Of a stretch of DNA of 41,499 nucleotides, positions 6,571 to 13,931 are shown piece after piece. The number at the start of each line of letters is the position of its first letter. Position 1 is the stretch's first letter. The position numbers and the translations under genes were made by a program. Source of the stretch: a virus. Location of the stretch: the IMG/VR virus record IMGVR_UViG_3300045988_023006, positions 1 through 41,499 of that record; one strand, written 5' to 3'. The notes beneath the pieces are model-generated. The model ran no database searches, had not been told where the DNA came from, and worked only from the letters and a program-made list of their open reading frames with translations.

Positions 6571-6721
6571 ACTTCATACCAAGGAGTTTGCCAAGTTTTC
6601 TTTGCCGCCCCGCTTTGGTCGTGGGAATCCCAGTTGCTTTTGAAATTTTTCTTTTCATCTTTGTGATTCCGAGCGCACGTTTCCAGCTAAAGGACAGGCC
6701 GGGGATTTTGCTTTTTGACAT
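6569..6721 (-). CDS. Small highly basic protein (50 aa, not in ORF track)
   Basis: ATG 6721 with RBS AAGGTGGTG. Product MSKSKIPGLSFSWKRALGITKMKRKISKATGIPTTKAGRQRKLGKLLGMK, in which 15 of 50 residues are K/R. Shows an internal duplication (SWKRALGIT / ISKATGIPT). Confidence 0.5.
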   Translation of the reverse strand: MSKSKIPGLSFSWKRALGITKMKRKISKATGIPTTKAGRQRKLGKLLGMK

Positions 6722-6818
6722 TTGGCACACCACCTTTTATTTTTGTATTTTCTCCCGAACTTTTGTGCAATAATCGACACATAGCCCCGTTACTATCAAT
6801 TATTTGGAGGGACACAAA

Positions 6819-6950
6819 ATGTTGCGCGAAGAAGAAAACCATGCTATTATTATTAGAGAGCGCCTAAAATCTGAGGTGCTATCACTTACTGACAGCCAGG
6901 CGGAATATGTTTTATGGAGGCTAGAATGTTTATTGCAAGAAGAGAATTAA
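6819..6950 (+). CDS. Possible 43-aa ORF (not in ORF track)
   Basis: ATG 6819 after GGAGGG. Product MLREEENHAIIIRERLKSEVLSLTDSQAEYVLWRLECLLQEEN. Overlaps the next gene by 25 nt. Confidence 0.3.
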   Translation: MLREEENHAIIIRERLKSEVLSLTDSQAEYVLWRLECLLQEEN

Positions 6951-7246
6951 ATAATCTGCGGGAAGAAAACCGCAAACTTAAATTGCAGCTTGCAGAGGCG
7001 CAGGAAGCGGAGCGAGAATACAACCGCCGATCTGCCATCATTGACAAAGCGGCGCTTCCGAAATGCAAAAGCATCGCGTGCTCTGGGTGTAAGCATGTTG
7101 TGGTCCGCTATACTACTTGGGGTGGTTGGTACGTTCTTGGCTGCGGGAAAGACAATCCCTGCAAAGACTACGAGCCGACAGACATTACCCCCGAAAAAGC
7201 TGAAGCTATCCGAGAAGCGCTGAACATTCAGTGGCAATATAATTAA
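6926..7246 (+). CDS. Hypothetical coiled-coil / Cys-rich protein
   Basis: 106 aa from ATG 6926 (RBS GGAGG; the track start at 6914 is less likely). C-terminal part ..CSGCKHVVVRY..GCGKDNPC.. Confidence 0.55.
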   Translation: MFIARRELNNLREENRKLKLQLAEAQEAEREYNRRSAIIDKAALPKCKSIACSGCKHVVVRYTTWGGWYVLGCGKDNPCKDYEPTDITPEKAEAIREALNIQWQYN

Positions 7247-7641
7247 CCAGAGAACAAGCAATTCAGCAGAAACCCGAAAACAGCACCTATTGCAGCAACG
7301 AGGCAATCCCTCGCCGTTATAGACCACGCTTGGGAGTTTTCTTTCTGCGCATATGCAAGATAATTAGCCCCTCTTTGGCGAGCAATAAGCCCTCGCTTTT
7401 CGCCATTTACAAGGCAATATGCAAAGCTATGACCGCAGAGTACATCAGCATCATTTTCATTATGCGCGGTTATCAATACGGCATCGGTTCGCGCTTGCTT
7501 TAAAAGCTTTAGCTGCGCCTTTGTCAAAGCGATATACGGGAAGTCATCTTTCTTGTTATCAAGATCGCTTTCCCACTTTTGCCGCTCTGCATCGGTCAAT
7601 ATCTTATCATGCGGATTAGTCGGAATAAAAACATTACTCAT
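7243..7641 (-). CDS. C-terminally membrane-anchored protein co-transcribed with the repressor (candidate superinfection-exclusion/defence gene)
   Basis: 132 aa. Its ATG overlaps the repressor stop (ATGA). C-terminal hydrophobic helix (CLVAAIGAVFGFLLNCLF). No family recognised. Confidence 0.6.
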   Translation of the reverse strand: MSNVFIPTNPHDKILTDAERQKWESDLDNKKDDFPYIALTKAQLKLLKQARTDAVLITAHNENDADVLCGHSFAYCLVNGEKRGLIARQRGANYLAYAQKENSQAWSITARDCLVAAIGAVFGFLLNCLFSG

Positions 7642-8000
7642 AGTACTTGTTTTGCGCTCAATACAATCGGAAGGAGTTTTTCACACTGAGCGTCGGACAA
7701 ATCATCAATAGCTACCAATAGCGCTTTCTTTGCTGCGCTTAAGCCCTCGCCCTCGGTCTTCGGATCGGGGGCTTTTTTTGCGCCATCTTCCGGCAGGATG
7801 GGAAGCTCGTCTCCATCCAGCTCGGCAAGGGTGATGCCGAAATGGTCGGCGATCTTCTGGCGGGTCTTTGGGTGCGGAATAACCTCCCCGCTTTTCCAAT
7901 TCGAAACACTCTGAATGTTTACGCCGATGATTTTTGCAAAACGATACGATGAGTAGCCTTTGCTATCCATGCAAAAATTAAAGTTTAGAGTAAATCCCAT
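7638..8000 (-). CDS. CI-like prophage repressor (XRE-family HTH)
   Basis: 120 aa. HTH YRFAKIIGVNIQSVSNWKSGE, acidic/Pro linker and a helical C-domain. Divergent from the early genes. No SD before ATG 8000 or ATG 7970, so the start is uncertain and the mRNA may be leaderless. Confidence 0.75.
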   Translation of the reverse strand: MGFTLNFNFCMDSKGYSSYRFAKIIGVNIQSVSNWKSGEVIPHPKTRQKIADHFGITLAELDGDELPILPEDGAKKAPDPKTEGEGLSAAKKALLVAIDDLSDAQCEKLLPIVLSAKQVL

Positions 8001-8008
8001 AAAAATAT

Positions 8009-8071
8009 CAGTCGAACTTTGGTTGTTTTGACAGTCGAATTTAGCTTGACTATTAGTCTAACTTCGACTAC
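8009..8071. promoter_or_regulatory. Three operator-like repeats, consensus AGTCGAA(N)TT
   Basis: CAGTCGAACTT 8009-8019 and CAGTCGAATTT 8032-8042 are direct. AACTTCGACTAC 8060-8071 is inverted. They overlap the -35/-10 elements of the rightward promoters. Confidence 0.6.
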
Positions 8072-8074
8072 AAT
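8046..8074 (+). promoter_or_regulatory. Rightward sigma-70-type promoter (PR-like)
   Basis: TTGACT (8046-8051), 17-nt spacer, TACAAT (8069-8074). A second TTGACA at 8028-8033 has a weaker -10 (TATTAG). Confidence 0.55.
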
Positions 8075-8212
8075 AGATGTCGTGGATAGGCAATAAGAGA
8101 CCTGACCACCCCGGCAAATCGAGCTGGTGAGAAACATATAGTTGTCGCAAACTTAGAGTATCACCAATGCTCCAATTTGTCAATATATTTAATCAAAGTT
8201 GGAGGTGAAAAA

Positions 8213-8353
8213 GTGAACGCTACTATTAACGACCGGTTGGAGAACGCTCTGATCGAAGTCGTTGAAAGGTTTGCGGCACAGAGTTCGACCGCCGCAGAGG
8301 TGGAAGCTCTTGCAGCGGTCGCACAGGTGTTGGCTGATATGCAGAAGGGTTAG
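8213..8353 (+). CDS. Hypothetical 46-aa protein in the switch region (not in ORF track)
   Basis: GTG 8213 lies 5 nt after GGAGGTG. Product VNATINDRLENALIEVVERFAAQSSTAAEVEALAAVAQVLADMQKG (helical, acidic). Confidence 0.45.
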   Translation: MNATINDRLENALIEVVERFAAQSSTAAEVEALAAVAQVLADMQKG

Positions 8354-8514
8354 TTTTTGCCGTTAGACAGGGTCAACAGGCGGTCGTAGATTTCCTCGAA
8401 GAAATCAGCAACATTTTTTCCGCCGGCTTTGTCGGCAGATGTTGTTGAGCTTGTCATTTTGGCGATGACGATTTCTTTTGCGATGTCAAGCGCGTAACGC
8501 TTAATAGGATCCAT
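8350..8514 (-). CDS. Hypothetical 54-aa protein in the switch region (not in ORF track)
   Basis: ATG 8514 after AAAGGAGGTG. Product MDPIKRYALDIAKEIVIAKMTSSTTSADKAGGKNVADFFEEIYDRLLTLSNGKN. Its stop overlaps the stop of the convergent 46-aa ORF by 4 nt. Confidence 0.5.
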   Translation of the reverse strand: MDPIKRYALDIAKEIVIAKMTSSTTSADKAGGKNVADFFEEIYDRLLTLSNGKN

Positions 8515-8538
8515 GAGATCACCTCCTTTCTGTACTCC

Positions 8539-8568
8539 ATTTTACTACAGAGCGGAGGAGGTGCACAA
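8539..8568 (-). promoter_or_regulatory. Possible leftward promoter facing the PR-like promoter
   Basis: On the minus strand: TTGTGC (8568-8563), 18-nt spacer, TAAAAT (8544-8539). It lies upstream of the 54-aa ORF RBS. Confidence 0.35.
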
Positions 8569-8573
8569 CAGCA

Positions 8574-8798
8574 ATGAAAGGAGAGGATAAATTGAATTTT
8601 CCTGAAAACCTTGCTCGGCTGCAAGCCGAGCGCGGCGAGACGAATTACCGTCTTGCAAAAGAAATCGACGTATCGCAGACGTCGATCAAAAACTGGAAAG
8701 AGAGCGTGTGCCGCCCTCACCCGCGCCAAGTCAAAAAGCTGGCAAAGCACTACGGCGTTACCGTAGATGCGCTGCTAAAATCCAGCGATGGGCAGTAA
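8574..8798 (+). CDS. Cro-like XRE-family HTH regulator
   Basis: 74 aa. ..NFPENLARLQAERGETNYRLAKEIDVSQTSIKNWKES.. An alternative TTG start at 8592 has a better-spaced AAAGGAGAGG. Confidence 0.75.
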   Translation: MKGEDKLNFPENLARLQAERGETNYRLAKEIDVSQTSIKNWKESVCRPHPRQVKKLAKHYGVTVDALLKSSDGQ

Positions 8799-8904
8799 AA
8801 AAATGCCCCGCCCAATGTTGCAGCATCGAGCGGGACGGCGGAACAAATCTTAGGCTTAGATATGTGTCCTGTGGCTATTTTAGCACAGGGGAAAGGAAAA
8901 GGCA

Positions 8905-9057
8905 ATGAGTAAAAAGCCGGAATACAAAATCATTTGGGTCACGCCCCCCGACCCTGTAAAGCTGGGGACGATCATGGGCGAGATTTACGCCCGTGGAAGA
9001 GGGCTTGAGTTTGTCGGCCTTGTGCCGAACGAGAAGAAGTGTGGAGGTGCGAAATGA
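8905..9057 (+). CDS. Hypothetical 50-aa protein (not in ORF track)
   Basis: ATG 8905 after GAAAGGAAAAGG. Product MSKKPEYKIIWVTPPDPVKLGTIMGEIYARGRGLEFVGLVPNEKKCGGAK. Confidence 0.45.
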   Translation: MSKKPEYKIIWVTPPDPVKLGTIMGEIYARGRGLEFVGLVPNEKKCGGAK

Positions 9058-9152
9058 GCGCGTTTGCATGGGCGCTGACGTATATCGGGGCCGCTACGGT
9101 GAGTTATCTGTTTATGTGGCTGCTGGACAAACTGGACAGGCCGGGGAAGTAA
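9054..9152 (+). CDS. Possible 32-aa membrane peptide (not in ORF track)
   Basis: ATGA overlap with the upstream stop. RBS GGAGGTG. Product MSAFAWALTYIGAATVSYLFMWLLDKLDRPGK (one TM helix). Confidence 0.35.
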   Translation: MSAFAWALTYIGAATVSYLFMWLLDKLDRPGK

Positions 9153-9208
9153 AATTAATAGGGAGGAAAGACGATGCGGGACGTGCTGAAAGCGGCGGGG
9201 CGACCGGT

Positions 9209-9388
9209 ATGAGAAGCGCGATACAGTATAGCGAGCCGGAGCGCCCATTGGAGCCGAAGGACTACGATCTTCCCGTCTGCCCCGTGTGCGGGGAGGAGAC
9301 GGACACCTACTACAAAAACAAGGACGGCGTCATCGTGGGATGCGAGTTTTGCATCGACGCGGTGGACGCATGGGAGGAAAAGGAATGA
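9209..9388 (+). CDS. Small zinc-ribbon protein
   Basis: 59 aa from ATG 9209. Contains two CxxC pairs (CPVCGEE.., CEFCID..). Confidence 0.55.
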   Translation: MRSAIQYSEPERPLEPKDYDLPVCPVCGEETDTYYKNKDGVIVGCEFCIDAVDAWEEKE

Positions 9389-9876
9389 ATATGAGCTTGT
9401 ACCACATCGATCAGGAGCTGGAGAACCTGATCGACCAGGAAACCGGCGAGGTGCTTGATTTTGATGCGTTTGAGGCGCTGCAAATGGCGCGGGACGCCAA
9501 GATCGAGGGCGTACTCTGCTGGACAAAGAATCTGGCGGCGGAGGCAAAGGCTATCCGCGAGGAGGAGAAGGAGCTTGCCGAGCGGCGCAAGGCTATGGAG
9601 AGCAAGCGGGAAAAGCTGCTTGCCTATGCAGAACGGGCGCTGGGCGGCGCGGCGTTCCAGACGGCGCGGTGTGCCGTGACGTATCGCAAAAGCACGGCGG
9701 TGGAGATCACCGACATGGACGCTGTGGTGCAGTGGTGCATGGACAACGGCTACGACGGCAAGATCACCTTTGCCCAGCCCACGGTGAGTAAGACGGACAT
9801 CGCGCCGCTTCTCAAGTCCGGCGTGTCTGTGACCGGCGCGGAGCTGTGCGAGAAGCTGAACATGGGGGTGAAGTGA
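9385..9876 (+). CDS. Siphovirus Gp157-like protein
   Basis: 163 aa from ATG 9385 (ATGA overlap with the upstream stop). N-terminus MSLYHIDQELENLID.. and a coiled coil ..AKAIREEEKELAERRKAMESKREKL.., as in the Gp157 family found next to phage recombinases. Confidence 0.65.
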   Translation: MNMSLYHIDQELENLIDQETGEVLDFDAFEALQMARDAKIEGVLCWTKNLAAEAKAIREEEKELAERRKAMESKREKLLAYAERALGGAAFQTARCAVTYRKSTAVEITDMDAVVQWCMDNGYDGKITFAQPTVSKTDIAPLLKSGVSVTGAELCEKLNMGVK

Positions 9877-10526
9877 TGGATAACATGACGATCTACAATG
9901 CAGTTCGTAGTGTGCCGGACAGCGCCAAAAGCCGCATCGAGGCGGGGCGCTTGAAGGGCAAGACAGACATTAACCCCATGTGGCGCATCAAGGCGCTGAC
10001 AGAGCAGTTTGGGCCCTGCGGCTATGGCTGGAAATACGTTATCACTGACAAGAGGTTGGAGCAGGGCGCAAATGGCGAAGTAGCCGCATTTCTGGACATT
10101 GATCTGTTTGTAAAGGCAGGCTGCGCCTGGTCTGACGCTATCCCCGGCACTGGCGGCAGTGCGTTCGTGGCAAAGGAGAAGAACGGCCCATATACCTCCG
10201 ACGAGTGTTTTAAGATGGCGCTGACTGATGCTATCTCCGTGGCGTGTAAGGCGCTTGGATTTGGGGCGGACGTGTATTGGGACGCCGACAAGAGCAAGTA
10301 TGGCAAGCCGGATAAGTGCAAAAAGAAGCCGGATAACAAGGCAGATGCGCCGATGCTGTGCGAGCATTGCGGACTTCCCATTAAGTCGGTGAAGCGCGGG
10401 GACCGCGTGTATCCCACTAGCGAGATCGCGGAGAACTCCGTGAAGAAGTACGGCAAGCGGCTGTGCTGGGGCTGCATGAAGGCAGCCAACGCGACGGGGA
10501 ATAACCATGCAGCAGATAACGGTTGA
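9876..10526 (+). CDS. Rad52/Sak-family single-strand annealing protein with C-terminal zinc ribbon
   Basis: 216 aa from ATG 9876. ..LTEQFGPCGYGWKY.. and ..CFKMALTDAISVACKALGFGADVYW.. match Rad52/Sak hallmark motifs. C-terminus CEHCG..CWGC. Confidence 0.6.
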   Translation: MDNMTIYNAVRSVPDSAKSRIEAGRLKGKTDINPMWRIKALTEQFGPCGYGWKYVITDKRLEQGANGEVAAFLDIDLFVKAGCAWSDAIPGTGGSAFVAKEKNGPYTSDECFKMALTDAISVACKALGFGADVYWDADKSKYGKPDKCKKKPDNKADAPMLCEHCGLPIKSVKRGDRVYPTSEIAENSVKKYGKRLCWGCMKAANATGNNHAADNG

Positions 10527-11046
10527 TGCGGCGCGGTGGTCGCAGGACAGCGATGGGGCGTGGCTGTGTCTACGTGTGAAGTCTCCAGAGGCGGCAATGG
10601 AGTTGTGCGACACCATAAAGCCGGGGAAGGAGTACACCGCCACCATCAAAGGCAAGGGGCGGAGCCTCGATGCAAATGCCTACGCATGGGTACTGCTGGA
10701 CAAGCTGGCGGCGCACTACGGCGTTGCGAGAGAGAATGTATACCGGCAGGAGATACAGAGCATCGGCGGTGTAAGCGAGGTGCTGTGCCTGCGGGAAAAG
10801 GCGGTGGAAGCGTTCTGCCGGAGCTGGGAGCGGAACGGTATCGGCTGGATGACCGATACCGGCCCCAGCAAGCTCAAGGGCTGCGTAAACGTGACTGTAT
10901 GGTACGGCAGCTCCGTATACGACACGGAGCAGATGGCGCGGCTGATAGACGCCATTGTGCAAGACTGCCGGGATGTCGGCATTGAGACCATGACACCGCG
11001 AGAGCTGGATGCCCTCGTTAGCCGGTGGGGAGAGGTTAGCGTATGA
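10507..11046 (+). CDS. NinB/Orf-like recombination mediator
   Basis: 179 aa. ..KGRSLDANAYAWVLLDKLA.. resembles the lambda NinB RSLDQN..LW motif. Lies between the SSAP and SSB genes. Confidence 0.45.
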   Translation: MQQITVDAARWSQDSDGAWLCLRVKSPEAAMELCDTIKPGKEYTATIKGKGRSLDANAYAWVLLDKLAAHYGVARENVYRQEIQSIGGVSEVLCLREKAVEAFCRSWERNGIGWMTDTGPSKLKGCVNVTVWYGSSVYDTEQMARLIDAIVQDCRDVGIETMTPRELDALVSRWGEVSV

Positions 11047-11321
11047 ACGACAAAAGATGCTTTTTGTGCGGCCGGAATGACACCGGTGACCCGCTGGAGC
11101 GTCACCACATTTTTGGCGGCGCGAATCGGAAGAAAAGCGAGAAGTACGGCCTTGTGGTGTACCTGTGCGGCAATCGCTGCCACCGGAACGGGCGCGGCGC
11201 GGTACACAAGAACGGCGACCAGATGCGCCGTTTGAGACGGTACGGGCAGCTCAAGGCGATGGAGGAGCAGAGATGGACGGAGGCGGACTTTCGCCGCGAA
11301 TTTGGGAAAAGCTATTTATGA
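11043..11321 (+). CDS. Small HNH-type nuclease-like protein (Ref/RecA-dependent-nuclease-like)
   Basis: 92 aa. CFLCG..ERHHIFGGANRKKSEKYGLVVYLC..CH.. is an HNH/zinc-finger pattern. Confidence 0.5.
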   Translation: MNDKRCFLCGRNDTGDPLERHHIFGGANRKKSEKYGLVVYLCGNRCHRNGRGAVHKNGDQMRRLRRYGQLKAMEEQRWTEADFRREFGKSYL

Positions 11322-11334
11322 GAGGAGATAAGAG

Positions 11335-11745
11335 ATGCTGAACAAGATTTTCATCATGGGCCGGTTGACACGCGATCCGGAGCTGCGCAGGACACAGAAC
11401 GGTACAGCCGTCACCAGCTTTACACTGGCGGTAGACCGGGACTTTAAGAACGCGGACGGCACTAAGGACACGGATTTTATTGACGTGGTTGCATGGCGCA
11501 CCACCGCCGAGTTTGTGTCCAAGTATTTCTCCAAGGGGCGCATGGCCGTGGTGGAGGGCCGCTTGCAACTGCGGGACTGGACGGACAAGGACGGCAATAA
11601 GCGCCGGAACGCCGAGGTGCTGGCGGACAACATTTACTTTGGCGATGCCAAGAAGGACGCGGACAGCGGCGCCAAGAAATACGCGGGCGGACAGTTCGGG
11701 GAGGTGGACGAGGACTTCGACACGGACGACGATCCGCCGTTTTGA
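11335..11745 (+). CDS. ssb: Single-stranded DNA-binding protein
   Basis: 136 aa. OB-fold N-terminus (MLNKIFIMGRLTRDPELR..) and an acidic C-terminal tip DDDPPF. Confidence 0.92.
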   Translation: MLNKIFIMGRLTRDPELRRTQNGTAVTSFTLAVDRDFKNADGTKDTDFIDVVAWRTTAEFVSKYFSKGRMAVVEGRLQLRDWTDKDGNKRRNAEVLADNIYFGDAKKDADSGAKKYAGGQFGEVDEDFDTDDDPPF

Positions 11746-11761
11746 TAGGAGGTAGAGCGGC

Positions 11762-11977
11762 ATGGATTACTGGCACAAGCGGTACACCTGCCCATACTTT
11801 ACCAGCAGCGAGAAACGGCGGGTCTGCTGCGAGGGAGGTAGCCGCGTCAGCTTTGAGACGGGCGGCGCGGCATCCCGCTTCATGAGTCAATTCTGTGCCG
11901 GGGCGTGGGAGCATTGCACCATCGAACGGCACCTGACGGCCGAGTACGAAAGGCAGGAAGAAAAGAATGGGGAGTAG
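11762..11977 (+). CDS. Hypothetical Cys-rich protein
   Basis: 71 aa in the replication module. No family recognised. Confidence 0.45.
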   Translation: MDYWHKRYTCPYFTSSEKRRVCCEGGSRVSFETGGAASRFMSQFCAGAWEHCTIERHLTAEYERQEEKNGE

Positions 11978-12010
11978 GCGTATCGCCGAAGGAGTGAGAG
12001 GCGGTGCATA

Positions 12011-12646
12011 GTGGCTCTTGAGTACATCCCCTTTTATTACAGTTATCGCAAGAAATTAGAGAAACTTTCAGATCAAGAGGTAGGTCGGCTTGTACGGGCT
12101 TTGCTGAAATATGGCGAGACCGGAGAGACGGAGGAACTTACGGGACGGGAGTCAATCGCATTTGATTTTATTGCGGACGATATAAATAGGGCGAAAGCGG
12201 CGTATGACGAGAGATGCGCGAAGAACCAGCGCAACATCGAAAAGCGATATGCACGTCGCGAGGGTACGACCGTATACGATGGTATACAATCGAATACGAC
12301 CGTATACGAAACGTACCAAACCAAAGACAAAACCAAAGACAAAACCAAAGATAATACACTCCCACCTAACGGTGTGAGTGATACGCGCGCGAAGCGCTTC
12401 ACGCCACCATCCGCTGATGATGTATCCGCCTATGTTCAGGCGCAGGGCTATCACGTCAACGCAGATCGCTTTGTCGCCTTCTACGAGCAAAAGGGGTGGA
12501 TGGTAGGCAAGAACCGCATGAAAGACTGGAAAGCCGCCGTGCGGAATTGGGAGACGAGGTGGAAGGAGGAACACGGCGATGGACATAACGGCGATGCTGG
12601 AGCACCTGCGAAAAAATGGAATATCCCCGGAGAAGTCGTACTTTGA
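12011..12646 (+). CDS. Replication initiation / replisome-organizer-like protein
   Basis: 211 aa with a GTG start. N-terminus ..YIPFYYSYRKKLEKLSDQEVGRLVRALLKY.. and C-terminus ..FVAFYEQKGWMVGKNRMKDWKAAVRNWE.., typical of DnaD-like phage organizers. Lies upstream of the DnaC-like loader. Confidence 0.5.
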   Translation: MALEYIPFYYSYRKKLEKLSDQEVGRLVRALLKYGETGETEELTGRESIAFDFIADDINRAKAAYDERCAKNQRNIEKRYARREGTTVYDGIQSNTTVYETYQTKDKTKDKTKDNTLPPNGVSDTRAKRFTPPSADDVSAYVQAQGYHVNADRFVAFYEQKGWMVGKNRMKDWKAAVRNWETRWKEEHGDGHNGDAGAPAKKWNIPGEVVL

Positions 12647-13304
12647 GTGCCCGGTCTGCGAGGACAGGGGCTATACGGCCACACGCAGCGCCACCGGGGA
12701 GCTTGTGACCCGTATCTGCCCTTGCCAGATACGCAAGGACAACCAGCGGCGCATTGCGCGTAGCGGGCTATCCGGTCTGCTGGAAAGCTGTACGCTGGAT
12801 ACGTACCAGACGGCGGAGCCGTGGCAGAAGCAGGCAAAGCAGATGGCCGAGGCGTATATCACGGATTGGCGCGGGAAGTGGTTTTATGCCGGTGGGACCC
12901 CCGGCAGCGGGAAAACGCACCTGTGCACGGCGATCTGCGGGAAGCTGATGGAGGCAGGCTTGCCGGTACGGTATATGCAGTGGCGGTCGGACATTCCATC
13001 CATCAAGGCAAAGGTAAACGATGCGGAGCTGTACGCCGATGCCGTTGGAAGGCTGAAAACTATCCGTGTGCTTTACATCGACGACTTTCTCAAGGGAAAC
13101 GTGACGGAGGCTGACCGGAACATTGCCTTTGAAATACTCAACGCACGATACATAAAGCCGGAGTGTGCCACGATCATCAGTTCCGAGCGGACGATAGGAC
13201 AGATATTGGACTGGGACGAGGCGATAGGATCCCGCATTGCGGAGCGCGCGAAGGGCTTTACCATGAGCGTGACGGGCAGCGGAAAGAACTGGAGGTTGCG
13301 ATGA
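12579..13304 (+). CDS. DnaC/IstB-like AAA+ helicase loader
   Basis: 241 aa. Walker A GGTPGSGKTHL, Walker B VLYIDDF, N-terminal CPVCEDRG zinc motif. Confidence 0.85.
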   Translation: MDITAMLEHLRKNGISPEKSYFECPVCEDRGYTATRSATGELVTRICPCQIRKDNQRRIARSGLSGLLESCTLDTYQTAEPWQKQAKQMAEAYITDWRGKWFYAGGTPGSGKTHLCTAICGKLMEAGLPVRYMQWRSDIPSIKAKVNDAELYADAVGRLKTIRVLYIDDFLKGNVTEADRNIAFEILNARYIKPECATIISSERTIGQILDWDEAIGSRIAERAKGFTMSVTGSGKNWRLR

Positions 13305-13513
13305 ACGACGGCGCATGGAAGATCGCGTCCGGCAGGCTGTGCGTGGCCTGCTTGCAGGAGATGGCGGCGGAATACATCATCGAGCCAGCGTTCCACGGCT
13401 GGGCGCGGGGCGTGTGCCAGCGCTGCGGGAAAGACCAGAAACTGACGACGTTCAAGCGTTACACCATGAGCAAGCGCGGACTGGAGAAAAGAGGGTTGTT
13501 GGATGAACAGTGA
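13301..13513 (+). CDS. Hypothetical zinc-binding protein
   Basis: 70 aa from ATG 13301 (RBS GGAGG; ATGA overlap with the upstream stop). Contains C..C and C..C pairs. Confidence 0.5.
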   Translation: MNDGAWKIASGRLCVACLQEMAAEYIIEPAFHGWARGVCQRCGKDQKLTTFKRYTMSKRGLEKRGLLDEQ

Positions 13514-13928
13514 TGATCTGATGCGGCTGGGGCCTGCGGCGCAGAAGCAGGTCATGGAGAAGATGCGCAAGCCCGGAAAGTACAAGGCGCAGAAGACGCG
13601 GCGCGGCAAGCTGACTTTCGACAGCAAGAAGGAGGCGGAGCGCTATGACGCTTTGTTGCTGCTGCAAAATGCCGGGGAGATACGGGGGCTAAAATTGCAG
13701 GTGCGGTACTGCTTGCAAGAGGCGTACACGACATTTGAGGGCGACCGCGTGAAAAGTATCGACTACGTTGCGGACTTCGTGTACGAGCGCAGAGCGGCTC
13801 CTGACAGCTACGGCCAGCGGTACTGGCTGCCGGTAGTGGAGGACGTGAAGGGGATGCGTACCAGCGAGTATGCCATGAAAGCAAAGCTGTTCCGCAGTAG
13901 GTACGGGTTTGCTATACGGGAGGTGTGA
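13503..13928 (+). CDS. DUF1064-like protein (putative PD-(D/E)xK Holliday-junction resolvase type)
   Basis: 141 aa. ..FDSKKEAERYDALLLLQNAGEI..IDYVADFVY..VEDVKGMRTSEYAMKAKLF.. fits the DUF1064 pattern. Confidence 0.6.
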   Translation: MNSDDLMRLGPAAQKQVMEKMRKPGKYKAQKTRRGKLTFDSKKEAERYDALLLLQNAGEIRGLKLQVRYCLQEAYTTFEGDRVKSIDYVADFVYERRAAPDSYGQRYWLPVVEDVKGMRTSEYAMKAKLFRSRYGFAIREV

Positions 13929-13931
13929 AGC

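Noticed and set aside
9174-9212. A 12-codon micro-ORF (MRDVLKAAGRPV) with a strong GGGAGGAAAG RBS, ending in an ATGA overlap with the 9209 gene.
   Set aside because: It is too short to support as a gene. It may simply deliver ribosomes to the weak-RBS zinc-ribbon gene. It is noted as a possible coupling device only.
12265-12355. Repeats inside the replication-organizer gene: TACGACCGTATACGA at 12265 and 12295, and a CCAAAGACAAAA unit repeated from 12321.
   Set aside because: They encode a low-complexity linker (TTVYD/TTVYE and KDKTKDKTKD) between two domains. They could conceivably double as origin iterons, but there is no AT-rich unwinding element or other support, so no origin is called.
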